Numbered from the whole stretch's first letter, positions 1-13,806 are shown. The stretch is DNA of 54,993 nucleotides, filler included, from Circinaria calcarea (GCA_051942165.1; 4 parts of 4 records of this genome joined end to end with filler, not necessarily neighbours in it); one strand, 5' to 3'. The notes: generated by a model not told the origin, from the letters alone. Made by a program: numbers and translations.

Positions 1-259
1 CAGGTAAATAGGGGCTGAGCGAGCTCGAGCATGCACCTTGAAAGAGGCTCGCAAGATCAGTTGGGATTGCAAGATTTAAACTGGTTTTTTGAACGGATGG
101 ATTGGGAACTTTTTGTACTTGGGACTATAAGTGAGCAGCAGATGCTAGCGTTGCGAATAAACGGACCCAGTCATATACCGACCCCCAACCCATTCATCTT
201 CCATCGTTCCCTCCCAACCCATCCTTTCAGATCTCACTTCCAACCCATCTTCCCACTTT

Positions 260-1215
260 TCACCGAATCTCATTCGTCACCGCCTGCACAATCGCCCCCG
301 CCTCGCCCATATCCAAGCCATCCAACGTCTCCATATCCCCCTCATCCAACTCAAATCCATACACATTCTTATTTTCCTCGATACGACTCGGCGTATCGCT
401 CTTCGGCAACGGCACCCAGTCCTTTTGCAAACAATAACGGATGAGGACCTGCGCGGCCGTGACGCCGTGTTTCTTGCCGACGGTGACGAGGGTGGGGTCG
501 TGGGATTTTTGTGTGCGGACGAGGGGCGAGTAGGCTTCGACGACGATCTTGTGCTGGGCGCAGTAGGCGGTGATGGTTCGTTGCTGGCACCAGGGATGCA
601 ACTGATCCCCCCATTATCTCTGCATCAGTACTCCCGCCTTCCATAAACTTCCCATCAAACACAAGACCACTGGGCGGGTGAAAACATTACCTCAATCTGA
701 TTCACCTGCGGTGGCCACACGCTCGCATACCCCTTCATTTCCTCAATATGCCCGACCCCATAATTACTCACGCCGATACTCCTGGCCTTGCCTTCCTGCA
801 ACAAACGCTCCAAGGCGCCCCACATCTCCTTGCGCTTCTCCCTCCCCGCATTCGGACTGTGGATCAAAAATAGATCCACATAGCCGCCCTCGCGCGGATC
901 AATCTTCTCCACGCTATCCACGCACTTCCGGTAGCTCTTCTCCACGCTGCCCGCTGCGGCGAGGATCTTAGTCGTCAGAAACACCTCTTCCCGCCGAAGC
1001 CCGGACTGCCGCACCGCTTCCCCCACTTCGGTTTCGTTGCCGTAGTATTGCGCCGTGTCGATGTGGCGGTAGCCGTGCCGGAGAGCGTGCAGGCATGAGG
1101 CCACACAGGTGGCGGGTGGGGATTTGTAGACGCCAAATCCGAGACGGGGGATCTTGACGGTGGAGTTGGGAAGGGGCAGGAGGTCGGTGAGGGCGAGTTT
1201 GACGACCGAGGACAT
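260..1215 (-). CDS. Aldo-keto reductase (AKR5/Gcy1-like), 2 exons
   Basis: GFGVY, GYRHIDTAQYYGNE, LTTK, YVDLFLIHSP, SIGVSNY and NQIE in exon 1 (1215-691). A GT-AG intron (690-602) joins in frame to LHPW...AYSPL...LPKS..PSRIEEN in exon 2 (601-260). Confidence 0.93.
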
Positions 1216-1818
1216 ACTGGAGGCGTTATAGTAGGCTTCGGCTTCGGCGCGGCCTTTGTCGGTGATTTGGTATTCGGCGGGGAGGGGGTGGTGGACCGGA
1301 TGGAGCTGTCTGGGGGTGAAGTTAGTGAGGTGAGTAGGAATTGTGGATTAAGAAGTTCTAAGGACATACTTTTCGAGACCTGGTTTCATAGCAACGTAAT
1401 GGCGAGATTGTAGACAAAGAGTCAAAGTGTGGAATAATGGAGAACTGCGACGTGTAAACATTGATGACCTCATAGCCCCTAGGAATGCAGTTGTGAGAGG
1501 GGAAAGTAGAAGCGCGCCACACTTTGTAAAGCCAAAGCCTCCATTACTTAGGCAGAGAGGACCATGGACGGCAAATTACTGGTATTGCCTATGAGTATTC
1601 ATTTTAATGATTTCAGAATATCTCAGAGGCTTCAAGCAGTATCAGTTTCAACAGAATCCGAATCTACATGGCATTGTACAGGGAATCATCTAGAAAGTAT
1701 TCAATCATCTAAGTAATCCCTTACGACCTTATAAACCAGACTCGAACAGCGATATAGGTCGACAAGTGGTATAAACAAGAACAATAGCAGTCACATACTA
1801 CTATATACCATTACAATA

Positions 1819-4800
1819 TTATGCTTTATCCGTAGCTTGCCTCTGAGCCTTTTTCTGCTTCCTTGCAGCCGGACTCAAAGCAGCAGTAATCTTCCTTGCT
1901 CCACCTAAGTATAGCCAAGAGCAGAAATAAACGACCCTGGACCAACATTAGCAAGGTTATCTCGGCGACCAGACCAGGATATTGAGACTCACATGAAATT
2001 AAAGGCGATATAGGCACAAAACACACCAAAGTCTAACCATCTCTTCGAATAAAAGACATTGAATCCAGCAGCCTGTGTATATTAGCATCTTCTCCAGAAA
2101 TGGATAGCATAAACCACCAAAGGACTACTTACGAATTCATCCCCAGTAGCGTACTGACACAGCTCACATATACCGTTAACACCGGTTTGAACATAACCAC
2201 CTGCTTGAGCGATAAACGGTTCGGTGTAGCTCTGACAAGTTTGACCTGGAGGAGCAGGAAACCTGGCGAATTCGTTGTCTGCACACTGGACTCTGATGTC
2301 ATGAACGGCTACACCTAAGAAGCCTTCGAGCAAGTAGCGGAAAGGAGTCAAATAGTACATCCTTATACAAGTTAGTAACCCACCATAGCACAAACACTCG
2401 AGGAGCTTACCAAGATTGCCAGAATTGGGGAAGCGCGGCGAACGGTACGACGACTGTTGAGATACGTTAACGGATAGATTTTTAGAGCCGAGATACGGGG
2501 ATAACTTACCACCACAGAAAGAGACTACAAATAGAAAGAAGACCGGTACTAAAATTGAAGCAAGAAGCTCGTTGGCAGAGAACGAGGCGATGGCTTGACC
2601 GAAGCTGACGTAAAATAGCTCAAACAGCATCAACAGCATCCACGTATATCCAGACTGGAAAGCTGTCCGATGTCTACCAATCGCACCCCACCACCAACAT
2701 TGAAAGTATATCGTGCCGGCCACGATGGAATAAGGGATTTCGACCAAGACAGCCCCAGTGGTAAATGCTATCCAACTGTAGATCTTGCTGTTCCTTTCTC
2801 TGGACCGATAGATTTGGCGGAACTCAAGGTACTTGGGTTGAAGCTGTTGAATTAGAGGAGGAGATATCGTAAGCGTCATAAAGATCGAGAACAACCGCGA
2901 TTGCATATCAATCGTAGATTCTCCAATGTGATAAAACGTAAAGGTATTGAATAGGCCGGTAACGATGTGCAGCAAAAATTTGCCAACAATATAATCCGGG
3001 GTACGCCAGTACGCAACGAATGATCGTTTGACGACAGACAGAATTTGGGTACTAAGAGGCATCGCATATTCCCGATCGTCGTTGGTTTTTCCTTTCGTAG
3101 AGACATTGCGCCGCTCACTGATCATTTGCTGAATCTCGCGGGTACGTTCTTGGTAATCTTCGGAGTTAGCCCACACGTCTCCCCAGTCTTTCCCTTTGTA
3201 ATCGGGATTTCCGGCACCAATGACCTCCAGCATGTACTCGGCCGGATTGGTCTTAGGAGGACATTTCTTGCCACCGTTCCTTTCAAAGTAATCAATCAAG
3301 TTCCTCGAATCTTTCCCCAAAGGACCATGATAGACTACTCGACCACCGGATTTTAGCAGTAGAAGCTCATCAAAGTGCTCGAAAAGTACCGAGCTGGGCT
3401 GATGTATGGTACATAGAATTGCCTGCCCAGCATCTGCCAGCTTGCGAAGGAAGCGGACGATGTTAAAAGCCGCACCAGAATCAAGACCAGAAGTCGGTTC
3501 GTCCAAAAACATGAGGAGCTCCGGCTTGCTAGCAAGCTCAACGCCAATAGTCAACCTTTTACGCTGCTCTTGATTTAAACCTTCACCGATTTTGCCAATG
3601 GTGGCGCCGGCAATGCCCCGCATTTCTAACAGATCGATAATTGTCTCGCAGTAATCATACTTTTCTTTGGTAGACACTTCTTTCGGTTGTCGAAGTAAAG
3701 CAGAGAACCTCAAAGCCTCCCTGACCGTAGCTGTTGGTTCATGTACATCCATCTGCTCGGCAAATCCAGTTGCTCTCTGAAAACTCTTCGGCAGTGGACG
3801 ACCATCGACCAAGAAGTCACCGGTAATAACACCAAAGTTGATCCTTTGTGCCAGGGTATTTAGGAGCGTCGTCTTACCAGCGCCTGAAGCGCCCATTAGT
3901 GCAGTAAGCTTACCCGGCCTTACATAGCCTTGAACATCTTTCAATAGCTGTCTTTCCCCCTTGTCGACAGGAATAGTATAATTGACATCCCGATACGTAA
4001 AGACAGTTTCGTTCTTGGCGACACCCTTGACACTTGCTTCTCCTTCCGATCCGCTAGAATCTTCTTCCAGTTTAGGATTGTCGGTTGCAGCCGCCTTCTC
4101 TTCATCAAGAGGCGTGCTACCATTCTGCATTGCTTTTTCAACCGACTTTGGAGCTTGTCCTCGCTTGAAAATGGTGACTGCGCCCCCTCCGGCGTTTGGC
4201 TTCTGCAACTCCATTCCAAGCATGGTAAGCGCCACGAAGAATACCCAAAATCCGATGATGACTCCAAAATTGCGCCACAAGTGTATCCTTGTATAATTAA
4301 AGGCTGTCGAGATATACCTAGAGCCAAGAACGAATGTCTGACCTGGCTCTGAACCTTGAATTGTGCAAGATTGATACTGTGGAGAGGCATTTGGGCCTTG
4401 CGGAACCAGGTAAGGAGGTTCGCACTGAATCTGAAGGGAACTAAATTCATTCGCCATTAAGGCCTCAAACCCATAAGCCACGGGGTTAATATTGATTAAC
4501 CTATCAATGCATCAGTAATGGCCTTTCAACATTACGAGACACGGGGATTGAGTTCTTTTTTTCCCCGACTTACCATTTAAACCACTATGCGACGTGTTAG
4601 CATATCTAGACATCCGAAGATGAGAACGTATGACTTACTGGACGCATTTTAGAAGGCGGAATCAGATAACCGGTATATACTATCAAAGCCTGAATGGCAA
4701 CTCCCGTGATTCTCGTTGCCACGTCCAATGACTTGACCCAGGCCCCGACAGCTCGGAAGAAGGAATACATGGTCATTGTTATCATGAACAGGAAAAGTAA

Positions 4801-7116
4801 ACTGATGAAAAACTGAGAGGGTGTCCGGCCGAGATTCGTCATAAAGTACACAACGAGATCGAATAGTGTCACCTGAACAAATACGAGCGGCACATCCACG
4901 ACCACTTGAGCGATAGCAAAAGCCGCAGGCCGATAGAAAGAAAAGGACTTGTGCTTCAGTAGTATAGGTCGACTTGAGAATACCGAAGTAAGCTCCGCCA
5001 ACGCAAGCAGGGCGTTGAATAGCAACTGTTGAAAAAGTTAGACGCCGAATCGATTCAGCGAGACCGAGGGACTTACCAAGAAAAACATTACACCTCCTCT
5101 TGTAAATACCCCTGCCGAGGTTTTCGGCATGTCGAAGAATAGAGATCCAACAATGAGGGCTTGAAATAAGATTCCACCCCATTTACCAAGTAGAGATTGC
5201 TTGTCACCAATCATCACCAAAAACTGCCTCTGGGTACAAGCGATAACCTGCTTGTGAAAGGGAAGGGTGTAGTTTTTACGCTTGGTAGCTTTGGTAGATG
5301 CAGCTTGGCGCTCGAGGCGTTGTTGCTCGTTGTGTTGCTCGAATTCCCTGATGTCGCGAAGATTCGCTTCGAATATAGGGCTCTTGGCGTATGCTGCCTC
5401 GAAACTTTCGGCCGATCGTGGGATACGGTCTTCCCATCCTTCTTTTACTTGACGCTCGTGCTGGTCGGTGACGGAAGTGAGCTGCAGAACGATTAGTCTC
5501 AGTATGAACCTCTATGTTCGACGAGGAACACTCACAAAGTCAGCAGTCGTCCATCGAGATGGTCGGGTGAAACCAAGCCCTTCAAAGTAGGCCGCAGCTT
5601 CTTTCGTCGGACCGTAATATATGCATCGACCCTCATGAATCAATACGACCTTGTCAAAGAGATCGTAGAGGGATTCGCCAGCCTGGTACAAGGCGACTGC
5701 GGTCGAGATTTGAGCCATGTTGGTTAGTGAGCGGAGCGCCTCAACGTATTCCAGAGCTGTACTCGCATCGAGGCCCCGTGTCGAATTATCCCAACATTGA
5801 GTACTAGCTTTGGTAATCATAGCTTCTGCTATACTCACACGTTTCTTCTCTCCTCCACTTACGCCACGCACATACTCATCGCCGACTTTGGTCCCCAGGG
5901 TATGCTCGATCCAAAAGAGCTTCACAACTGCACGAAGGAATTCTCTGACGTAGTCAGCCCGACTCTCACCGTCATTTCTGGACGCTTTTCCCGGCGTTCG
6001 GGTTTTCAAGGCGAAAGAAAGAGTATTCTTAACGGACAAGGTGGAATAGTGAAGATCATCCTCGGGATTGTACAGCACCTCGCCTCGATAATCTTTACCC
6101 ATGATTTTGGCATCGGTACCGCCATAGGTGATATCACCTTCAACGCTCTCGTAACCATACCGTTGATTAGCTAGTACCTTTAGAAATGTCGAGCAACCCG
6201 ATCCTGGAGCACCAAGTACAAGCAACATCTCCCCGGGTTTGATACATCCATTGAAATTGTTGAGTAGAGTACGTATGGGCGGTTTACCAGCCGCTCGTCG
6301 AGGATTCGAGACGAGACCTTTGATAAGTCGAGGAAGCCCGAGGAATACGTCGGCCACAGTGGGCTGGATAGCGGCTCCTAAACCCATCCCCTTCACAGTG
6401 AGGTTCTTGAAGACAACACCGACATGTCGAGTCTTTTCATCTTCCGATTGTGCTTGACGAGTTTGACCAAACATCCGCGACATGAGTCTCTCGATCTCAT
6501 TCATCTCGTCGCGCTCTGATGCGGAAAGCTCCGTGACGTTGGTTCTCCGCCTTGACAACACCCTGGATATGTCCTCTTCTGTTAGTTGGCCAGAGGTTCT
6601 CGATGCATATTCTGGGCGCTTGGTCGCAGCTGTTTTGATTGGTTCAAATCCAGCCATCTCCTCCTCTTTCTCCATTATTGGCGTTTCAACCGACATGACA
6701 GAATGCCCTGTAGAACCAAAGTCTCCGGCATCCAATTTCTTCTCGTGTGCCATAGAGTCCTCCGACGTCACTGGTTGCCGTATCGGATCAAAATAACCAG
6801 TCTCTATATCCTTCTCTCTGTCCGGTGAGCCTTCCGAGATGGCGGAATGTCGAGTGGGAGCGGAAGCGTCAGCGGCGACGATGCCATTATCGGAACTTGC
6901 AAGTGACGGTACCGCCGTCTGTTCGGAGTTGGGAGTTGTATTCGAGGGGGTATCCTGGGACGGATGAGCGCCGTACGAGGCATCTGTCAGTGACGGTCGC
7001 CTATCCGCATTGTCATTCGGCCGCAGGTATTGTTGTCGAAAGCTATTCGCCGAGGTCGATGGCCAGGCCCCCGGAAGATCCTCGATATGAGGCCTCTCTG
7101 TTGGCCGTTGTGCCAT
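1819..7116 (-). CDS. Full-size PDR-type ABCG multidrug transporter (NBD-TMD-NBD-TMD), multi-exon
   Basis: NBD1 has the PDR-typical degenerate Walker A GAPGSGCST, plus VSGGEKKRVSIAE and CWDNSTRGLD. NBD2 has GASGAGKTT, LNQEQRKRLTIGVELASKP and FLDEPTSGLD. Two TMD blocks are present. GT-AG introns can be traced to a TAA at 1819-1821. Likely ATG at 7116 (MAQRP). Confidence 0.95.
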
Positions 7117-8049
7117 GACAGCGTTACCTATAATATCAGAAGGATATCTCACTTAAGCAGCGCAATTCAATTGAGATGCGGTCATGTAAAAGGGATGAAG
7201 TCAAGTGTATATATGCGGTCACGACATTGGCTAAATAATCCAACGTGCAAAACACAGTCAGCGGGCAGAAGAGGGCGGGATATTCGTTCTTCTCGGACAT
7301 ATAAACCCCTTGCTTACCGTGACAGTGGCAGCAGCCATGATCCGGATCCGAGCATCGTCAGCCCAGCCCAGCCCGTTTCTGTTTCGATGGGAACAAAGTC
7401 GCATGGCCATTGTTCCACCAATCAGCATCTCGGTCACATGCCAAAGCCCAAAGTCATGACGTAATCAGCAATGAAAATGGTGAGAGAAAGTGCCAGAAAA
7501 TTGACGAAAATTGGATAGCGGCGATCTCTCAAACTCCCGGCTGCCGTACTCCGTACCAGATGAGATTCAGCCCTGCGGATCGTTCGGCCGTTCGCTCTTC
7601 TTAACGCCGAATGTCCGTCAGATGGCACCACATAGGGCCGACTTCTGAGAATGATTTCGCGGCCACTGCTTCGTGGCGCCTTCTCAGCTTATGTTTCCAT
7701 ACGACTGTATACAATGCAAATAACCCAAAGAGATCCCTTCGAGTCAGCGGTAAAAGGATGCATGGTCATATGTCAAACGTTGGGCGGTTGTTGCATATTT
7801 TCGGCTCCACGGGAACGAAACCAACCGAATCACTCCCTCGTCTTACCGTAGTCTTGCAGAAGATTGCGTTATGCTGACATGCACAGCTTTGTTCAGTCCA
7901 TCGACCAATCCTGGTAGTGATTCTAAAAGTAGCAGAGCTTTGTTGACGTTTGGTTGAAGGGATAATCTTAGATTACGACCTCCCTTTATGATTGGAGACG
8001 TTTAGATACTCCCCGCTCTCCGCCGAGAGGGAATTCGAAACAATTCCTA

Positions 8050-8908
8050 GTTAGGAACCAAGCCGGCGGGTCGTGTATGACAGGAGTACGTGTCAATCCC
8101 CATTGCGGTGGCCCAATTCTGAAGTAATCAGCAAAATGGAATACAGCCAGGCTCCAGGAGGATGTTGGCTACCACCAGCTCCAGACAACTATCGACGACT
8201 GCAACAGCAAAGCCACCACCGGCCGAATGACCGATGAAAAACGATGGCTCGATCCGCGCTAGCAAATCCCAGCCAGCTGTGCGCATTGCGAGCCTTTGTC
8301 GGGTGAAGTTGGTAGAGAGTGGTTGCAGGGAAACATAGGAAGCATCAAAAATTGGATCTCCTCTCCGGCCGGACTATCTCACCTCGCATCAGCTTGCTGA
8401 CTTGGTAAGAATATTGATTGGATGCCTGCACCTGACCACTGCGTGTAGAGCTTCCCTTGAGGATAGCGATCATCCATCTCTGGCGCGCTGAAGGCAAGTT
8501 CGGCATTTTTGACAGTAGTTCCGGGTGTTAGTGGGTATTCGTTGACTTCTTTTTGGCCATTTCGGCCAATGGCGATGTTATAGGCGAGGTAGATTTCCTA
8601 ACCTTGCTCGAGGAAGTACAAAGCCCATCCCTTGCGATTATCTGGCGTGTTGAGTCATGTCTCGCGTCCAATCAGTCCGGAGTATTATCGTCGGCTCTGG
8701 AAGGGGTTAACATACTGCTCCCGTTGGCCCTCCACCATGGAAGAAAACGACCGGGTACGGCTGAAGAGTGCTTGTAGCCGGAGATAGTTTTTCGACGTAG
8801 GGCTTCGCAGGCTCGAGAGCGAGGGCTGGTAGCATTGACTCCCGTGTATCTATCTACTACGACGATAGATAGAAAGGAGGCTAAACCAACAAGTAAAAAT
8901 AGTAACAT
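8050..8908 (-). pseudogene. Degraded secreted alpha/beta-hydrolase (esterase/lipase-like) pseudogene
   Basis: Manual minus-strand translation gives a hydrophobic N-terminus, then YVEKLSPA..QPYPVVFFHGGG / intron / T*LNTPDNRKGWALYFLEQG*EIYL..IGR / intron / GRRGDPIFDA...LLARIEPSFFIGHSAGGG...LEPG / frameshift / WGLTRTPVIHDPP. In-frame stops at 8655-8657 and 8598-8600. Confidence 0.8.
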
Positions 8909-9654
8909 TCTCCCAATATAGCCCTATCTCTGAATGTAGCTTTCGATTACCGGAATGAAAGGGAAGGCTTAAAAGGGATGAAGCCAAACATCATGCATTC
9001 AACTGGACATAAATTCTACCGAACAGGAAATATACAGCTGAAAATCTTCATAAATGGCGCCCAGTCGCCTCTTGTATCTTGTTGCAGCATGCATACATGA
9101 TCCTGCATTAAGCTGCATCTTCATAGTCCATGATCCACCATAGTTTTGATTGGAGGGGATGGCTGAACCCCACATTTTAGACTCTGAGAGTCCTCAGTTC
9201 GCCCATCATATCAGCATCTTGCAGGAGGATTGTTGATAGCAAGGTACAGAGGGTCAGTAGAACAGAGATATAGACTAGTAGTAGATTGCCCATTCTGTGC
9301 TGATCTCTCGTTCCAATACCTAACCTACAACCTTTCTACGAAGGCGGTGAGAGACGGTCGGAAGAACTCAGCATTGCTCATTAAGATGGATGATTTGTAG
9401 CAAGGAGTATCATTTGTAGTAACGAGTATCGACTTGCACTAACTTGAACAGTGAGAAAATAGACAATTGGGAGTACTTCAGCGCGACGGAGTGCATAATT
9501 CTGTTGCCGCTCTCTAATACCAAGATCGATTACGTCATAGTATAGCACTGGGTTTTTCATGAGTTTGTTACACTTCATTTCTTGAACATTCGAAAAGAAA
9601 TAAAAATTCCAGGCAAATATTGTAGTAATTGTGTCGAGCGGAGAAGGGTGGTTC

Positions 9655-12600
9655 ATGATGGCGAGCGTCACCAATTACTTTGTCTGTACTTTGGGACAAG
9701 CTGCAGCAATCAACCCTGAGAACCTACAAGACTTCTCTACAGTCGGCGAATTTCTGGAACGACAGAGTAAAGAGGTGCCGACAGATCCAGCCCTAGGGTT
9801 CCCCATCCCGCCGGGAAGTCATAAAAGCAGAGACAAGTGGGATTTTACGGTTTTGAGTATATCCTGGGACTCCGAATACAAAAATAAATCTGACAACTAA
9901 TGCGTGCAGCATTCCGCGATCTCTGCAGCGGATCTGCCAGCTATGCTCGTCTTTTGCGCAATGTTCTGGCCGGAGAAGGCAAAACTACGGACTCGAATGC
10001 AAAGCGAACGGTCGCGCTCTTATGCCCAAGCTCTCCGGTCTTTCTGTTGGCATGGCTTGGCTTGATGAGGTTGGGCTATGCCGTCCTCTTGATAGCGTGT
10101 GTCTCTATGCCTCCGACTTAGAGTCCCAAGACTGATCCGAAGACAAAGGTTGCAGGCCGCAGTGTCAGCCTTCCGCAATCACCCATTTATGCAAATCATG
10201 CGACGTTCAGTTTCTATTTTATGAAAACATCTATGAGAATCTTGCCAGAGATGCCGCGAGCTCTTCCGACTTAGCTCTGCAGCCCCTTCTTCTCCCTTTG
10301 GATGCCTCTTCCGACGTCGATATCTTCAAGGATCTCCTTCGAGCTGAGTTTCCGTCAACTACAGTAAAACCCGCATGGTCTGTTTCCGAGCAGGATGTGG
10401 CCTATTTGCATCATACTTCAGGAACTTCAACTGGACTTCCAAAGCCTATTGCTCAGACTCATCGTGCTGCCGTTGGCGTGCTACCATGCCTTACCAATGG
10501 AAAGGACTGTGCTTCGTTTACCACCACACCCCTTTACCATGGCGGTATCGCGGATTGTTTCCGTGCATGGACAAGTGGCGCTTTGATCTGGCTCTTTCCT
10601 GGCAAAGGCATTCCAATTACCGCGGATAATGTGCTGCGTTCCCTAGAGACTGCCAAAAAGGCTACGTTACAGCAACATGCTCCAACAGTCAAGTACTTCT
10701 CCTCGGTACCATATGTGCTGCAAATGCTTGCAGCAGAAACTAAAGGGCTGGATCTTCTCCGAGACATGGACATTGTTGGGGTTGGAGGCGCCGCGTTACC
10801 GCAAGAAGCTGGAGACGAGCTAGTTAAGGAAGGTGTGAATCTAATATCAAGGTTCGGCAGTGCCGAGTGTGGCTTTCTCATGTCTTCCCATCGTAACTAC
10901 GCTACAGATACCGAATGGCAGTACCTACGATCAGGTCATGGATCTGGTGCACTGGGATTTGAAAAGAGGGATGATGGATTGGCGGAGCTTATAGTACTCC
11001 CGAATTGGCCGCATATGGCAAAGCGAAACCGCGACGATGGCTCGTTTGCTACAGCAGACCTCTTTGCTCCGCATCCAAAAATACCCGCGGCATGGAAGTA
11101 CCATTCTCGAGCAGACTCTCAGCTGACACTGATCACGGGGAAGAAGTTTGATCCCGCACCTTTGGAAGCTGCCATAGCCACTTCTTCACTTTTATCTGAT
11201 GTCCTCATCTTCGGGAATGGTCAGCAATATCCGGGTGCACTACTTTTCCTATCGGAGTTTGGTACTCAAATGGAGAGCAGCGAGCTTTTGGACCAAATTT
11301 GGTTGCGTGTTGAAAAGATGAACGCAGAAAGTCAAGTACATACCCGCCTCTCGAAGTCAATGCTAGTGATAATGCCAGCGGACACGCCAGGGCTTGAAAA
11401 ATCAAGTAAAGGCACAATCTTACGTAACGCAGCCGAGAAAAGATATCAGGAGCAGATTAACGCAGCTTACGCAAAGGAGAGTTTTCCTGGAAATGACGAA
11501 AAAGAGGGAAGATTGAGACCTATCATTTCGGATAATGATGTGCCACAATTCGTATTGCAGACCATCAAGAATGTTACGAGCAAGGTGGACTCGATCCCGG
11601 AAGATGCCGATCTCTTTTCAGAAGGTGTGGACTCTGTGGCTTGTATGCAGATTAGAGCTATCCTTCAAAAGGTCGGTTCAAATAATTTTGTCCTTGGATC
11701 GGACTGACTTAGAGTTGGTAGAATGTCATCCGTCGGGACATACCTGTACTGCCACTGAATGTGGTGTACGATTGTGGGAGCATCATGAGGTTTGCACTAT
11801 ACGCTTGGAGACTTTGACGCTGCTAATTGCATGAAAGGCTTTCCAAATATCTTATTGACTTGAGAAAAGGACGGGGCACAGAAAGCGAGGACGAAGTTCA
11901 GCTGATGAAAAATTTAGTCACCGAGTATAGCCATTTTCCTACTGCGATTGGTGAGCAGTCCCATGACAGCTTAGGAGAAACAAAAGGAAGTCCGATCAAG
12001 GGTGAAGTTGTGGTAAGTCTGTATCCTGTCGATGTCCGACACTTCTGATGAACATTTTTAGGTACTCACAGGTGCTACCGGGGCTCTCGGTGCGCACATT
12101 CTCGATCAACTTCGCTCTGTTGCCTCAGTTTCATCTATAATATGTCTCGTTCGTGCAGCCGATCCTGCAGCGGCTTATACTAGAGTGAACAAGTCATTGT
12201 TACAACGGCAGAAAGCAGGACTTGCATTCTCTGACCCCAAAGTGTCCTGCGTAATTACGAAGCTCGGAAAACCAAATCTCGGCTTACCAAGCGATGCGTA
12301 CTCCAGGCTCAAGCGTGAGGTTACAGTGATTATTCACGCCGCTTGGGCTGTGAACTTTAGTATGCATCTTCGCAGTTTCGTGAAAGATCACATCGCAGGT
12401 CTCAGGAATCTGATCGGCCTTTCCCTGCAGTCGAGTCACAGCACAACTCCGCGTTTTATTTTCTGTTCTTCCACGGCCAGCGTCCTCGGTCCTGCTACAC
12501 AGTTACCTATACAAGAAACTGTCTCCAAGAACCCAAACACGGCATCGACATTGGGTTATTCCCGTTCCAAATGGGTAGCCGAGTCCATTTGTGAGCAAGC

Positions 12601-13252
12601 GAACCTGCACTCTGGGCTCCAGGGAAGAATATCTATACTACGGATAGGCCAACTATGCGGAGATACGCAAAGCGGTGTATGGAACGTTACCGAGGCGTGG
12701 CCGCTGATGCTTAGCACCGTGAAGATTACGGGTTCGCTGCCGGCACTGAAAGATGAGAAGCTGGCATGGTTGCCAGTAGATATTGCTGCCCAGGCCGTTT
12801 TGCAAATTGCCTTTAGTGCCACTGTCGCAAGTGATAGAAAAATACAGGTATATCACTTAGTCAACGAAGATCGCACGGTCACCTGGATGGATCTGCTATC
12901 ATGGATTAGAGCACTCGATCCCAACCCTTTCAAAGTCGTCCCGGCAAGAGAATGGGTAACGCAACTCGAAAAGGCAACGGGAGAATCGGCAAGACATCCC
13001 GCGCGGAAGTTACTCGGGCTGTGGAAAGGCGCATACTGTGCCGAAGACAGCGACGCAGCCCCTAGCAGCGAGAAGAAGGCAGAAGTCGTGTTCGAAATGG
13101 AGAACACGAAAAAGGTCGCGCCGGTTTTGAGAGATGTACGTCTCATCAGCGAGGAGCACTTTCGGAAGATCTGGCAGTGGATGGAGAGGGAGATGTTAGG
13201 TGGGAATAGGAAGGTGAGTGGCGAGGATGTGGAGAAGGCAGGTGTGGCGTGA
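9655..13252 (+). CDS. NRPS-like carboxylic acid reductase (adenylation - thiolation - terminal reductase), multi-exon
   Basis: A-domain P-loop HHTSGTSTGLPKP, plus RFGSAECG, TADLF and HSRADSQL. T-domain LFSEGVDS. R-domain VLTGATGALG, IIHAAW, YSRSKW and RIGQLCGD. No condensation domain seen. Confidence 0.92.
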
Positions 13253-13479
13253 GTGAAAGGAAATGCTTGGCTCTAGAATCACAACAGATGCAATACATTA
13301 TTTTTTAAAAGAAGGGAAGAAATTTTTCTGTCACCGAAAGGTATTCATTCGTAATTGTGGATGAGGTGCCCAAATATCTATAGGCCCCCGCTTGCCCATG
13401 CCCATGCCTCATAGGTAAGTAAGCAAAATAGCCCATCCCTTCGGGTTCGCTCACAGCCTCAACACCGCCAAGGCCCACC

Positions 13480-13546
13480 GTCCCGTTCCCGTTCCCGTTC
13501 CCCTTCCCATTCCCGTCCCTGCCACTAATCTAATCTAATCTATTCT
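13480..13546. repeat. Simple repeats (CGTTCC)n and (CTAAT)n
   Basis: Visible short tandem units; a (GGGATTGGTGGT)-type repeat also ends the contig at about 13678-13705. Confidence 0.7.
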
Positions 13547-13705
13547 AAACCCTCGCGGATCTTTCTACCATAGTTCTCGCTCGCTTCTACGGTAATTTCG
13601 TTATTGTCTCTCTCTTCATTCTTCAGGCCTTCGGAACCGAAATCGGGGGTATGGTCATTTGGTGGGAATTGATGGTGGGGATTGGTGGTGGGGATTGGTG
13701 GTGGG

Positions 13706-13805
13706 NNNNNNNNNNNNNNNNNNNNNNNNNNNNNNNNNNNNNNNNNNNNTTAATTAATTAANNNNNNNNNNNNNNNNNNNNNNNNNNNNNNNNNNNNNNN
13801 NNNNN
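13706..13805. other. Artificial contig linker (N44-TTAATTAATTAA-N44)
   Basis: A 12-mer with stops in all six frames, flanked by 44 N on each side; identical to the other two linkers. Confidence 0.99.
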
Positions 13806-13806
13806 A

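Noticed and set aside
31..444. 137-aa Pro/His-rich plus-strand ORF
   Set aside because: Overlaps the AKR 3' exon antisense and low-complexity 3' flank; no coding evidence.
13750..13761. Palindromic TTAATTAATTAA repeated three times in the window
   Set aside because: Synthetic six-frame-stop linker embedded in N runs; not biological.
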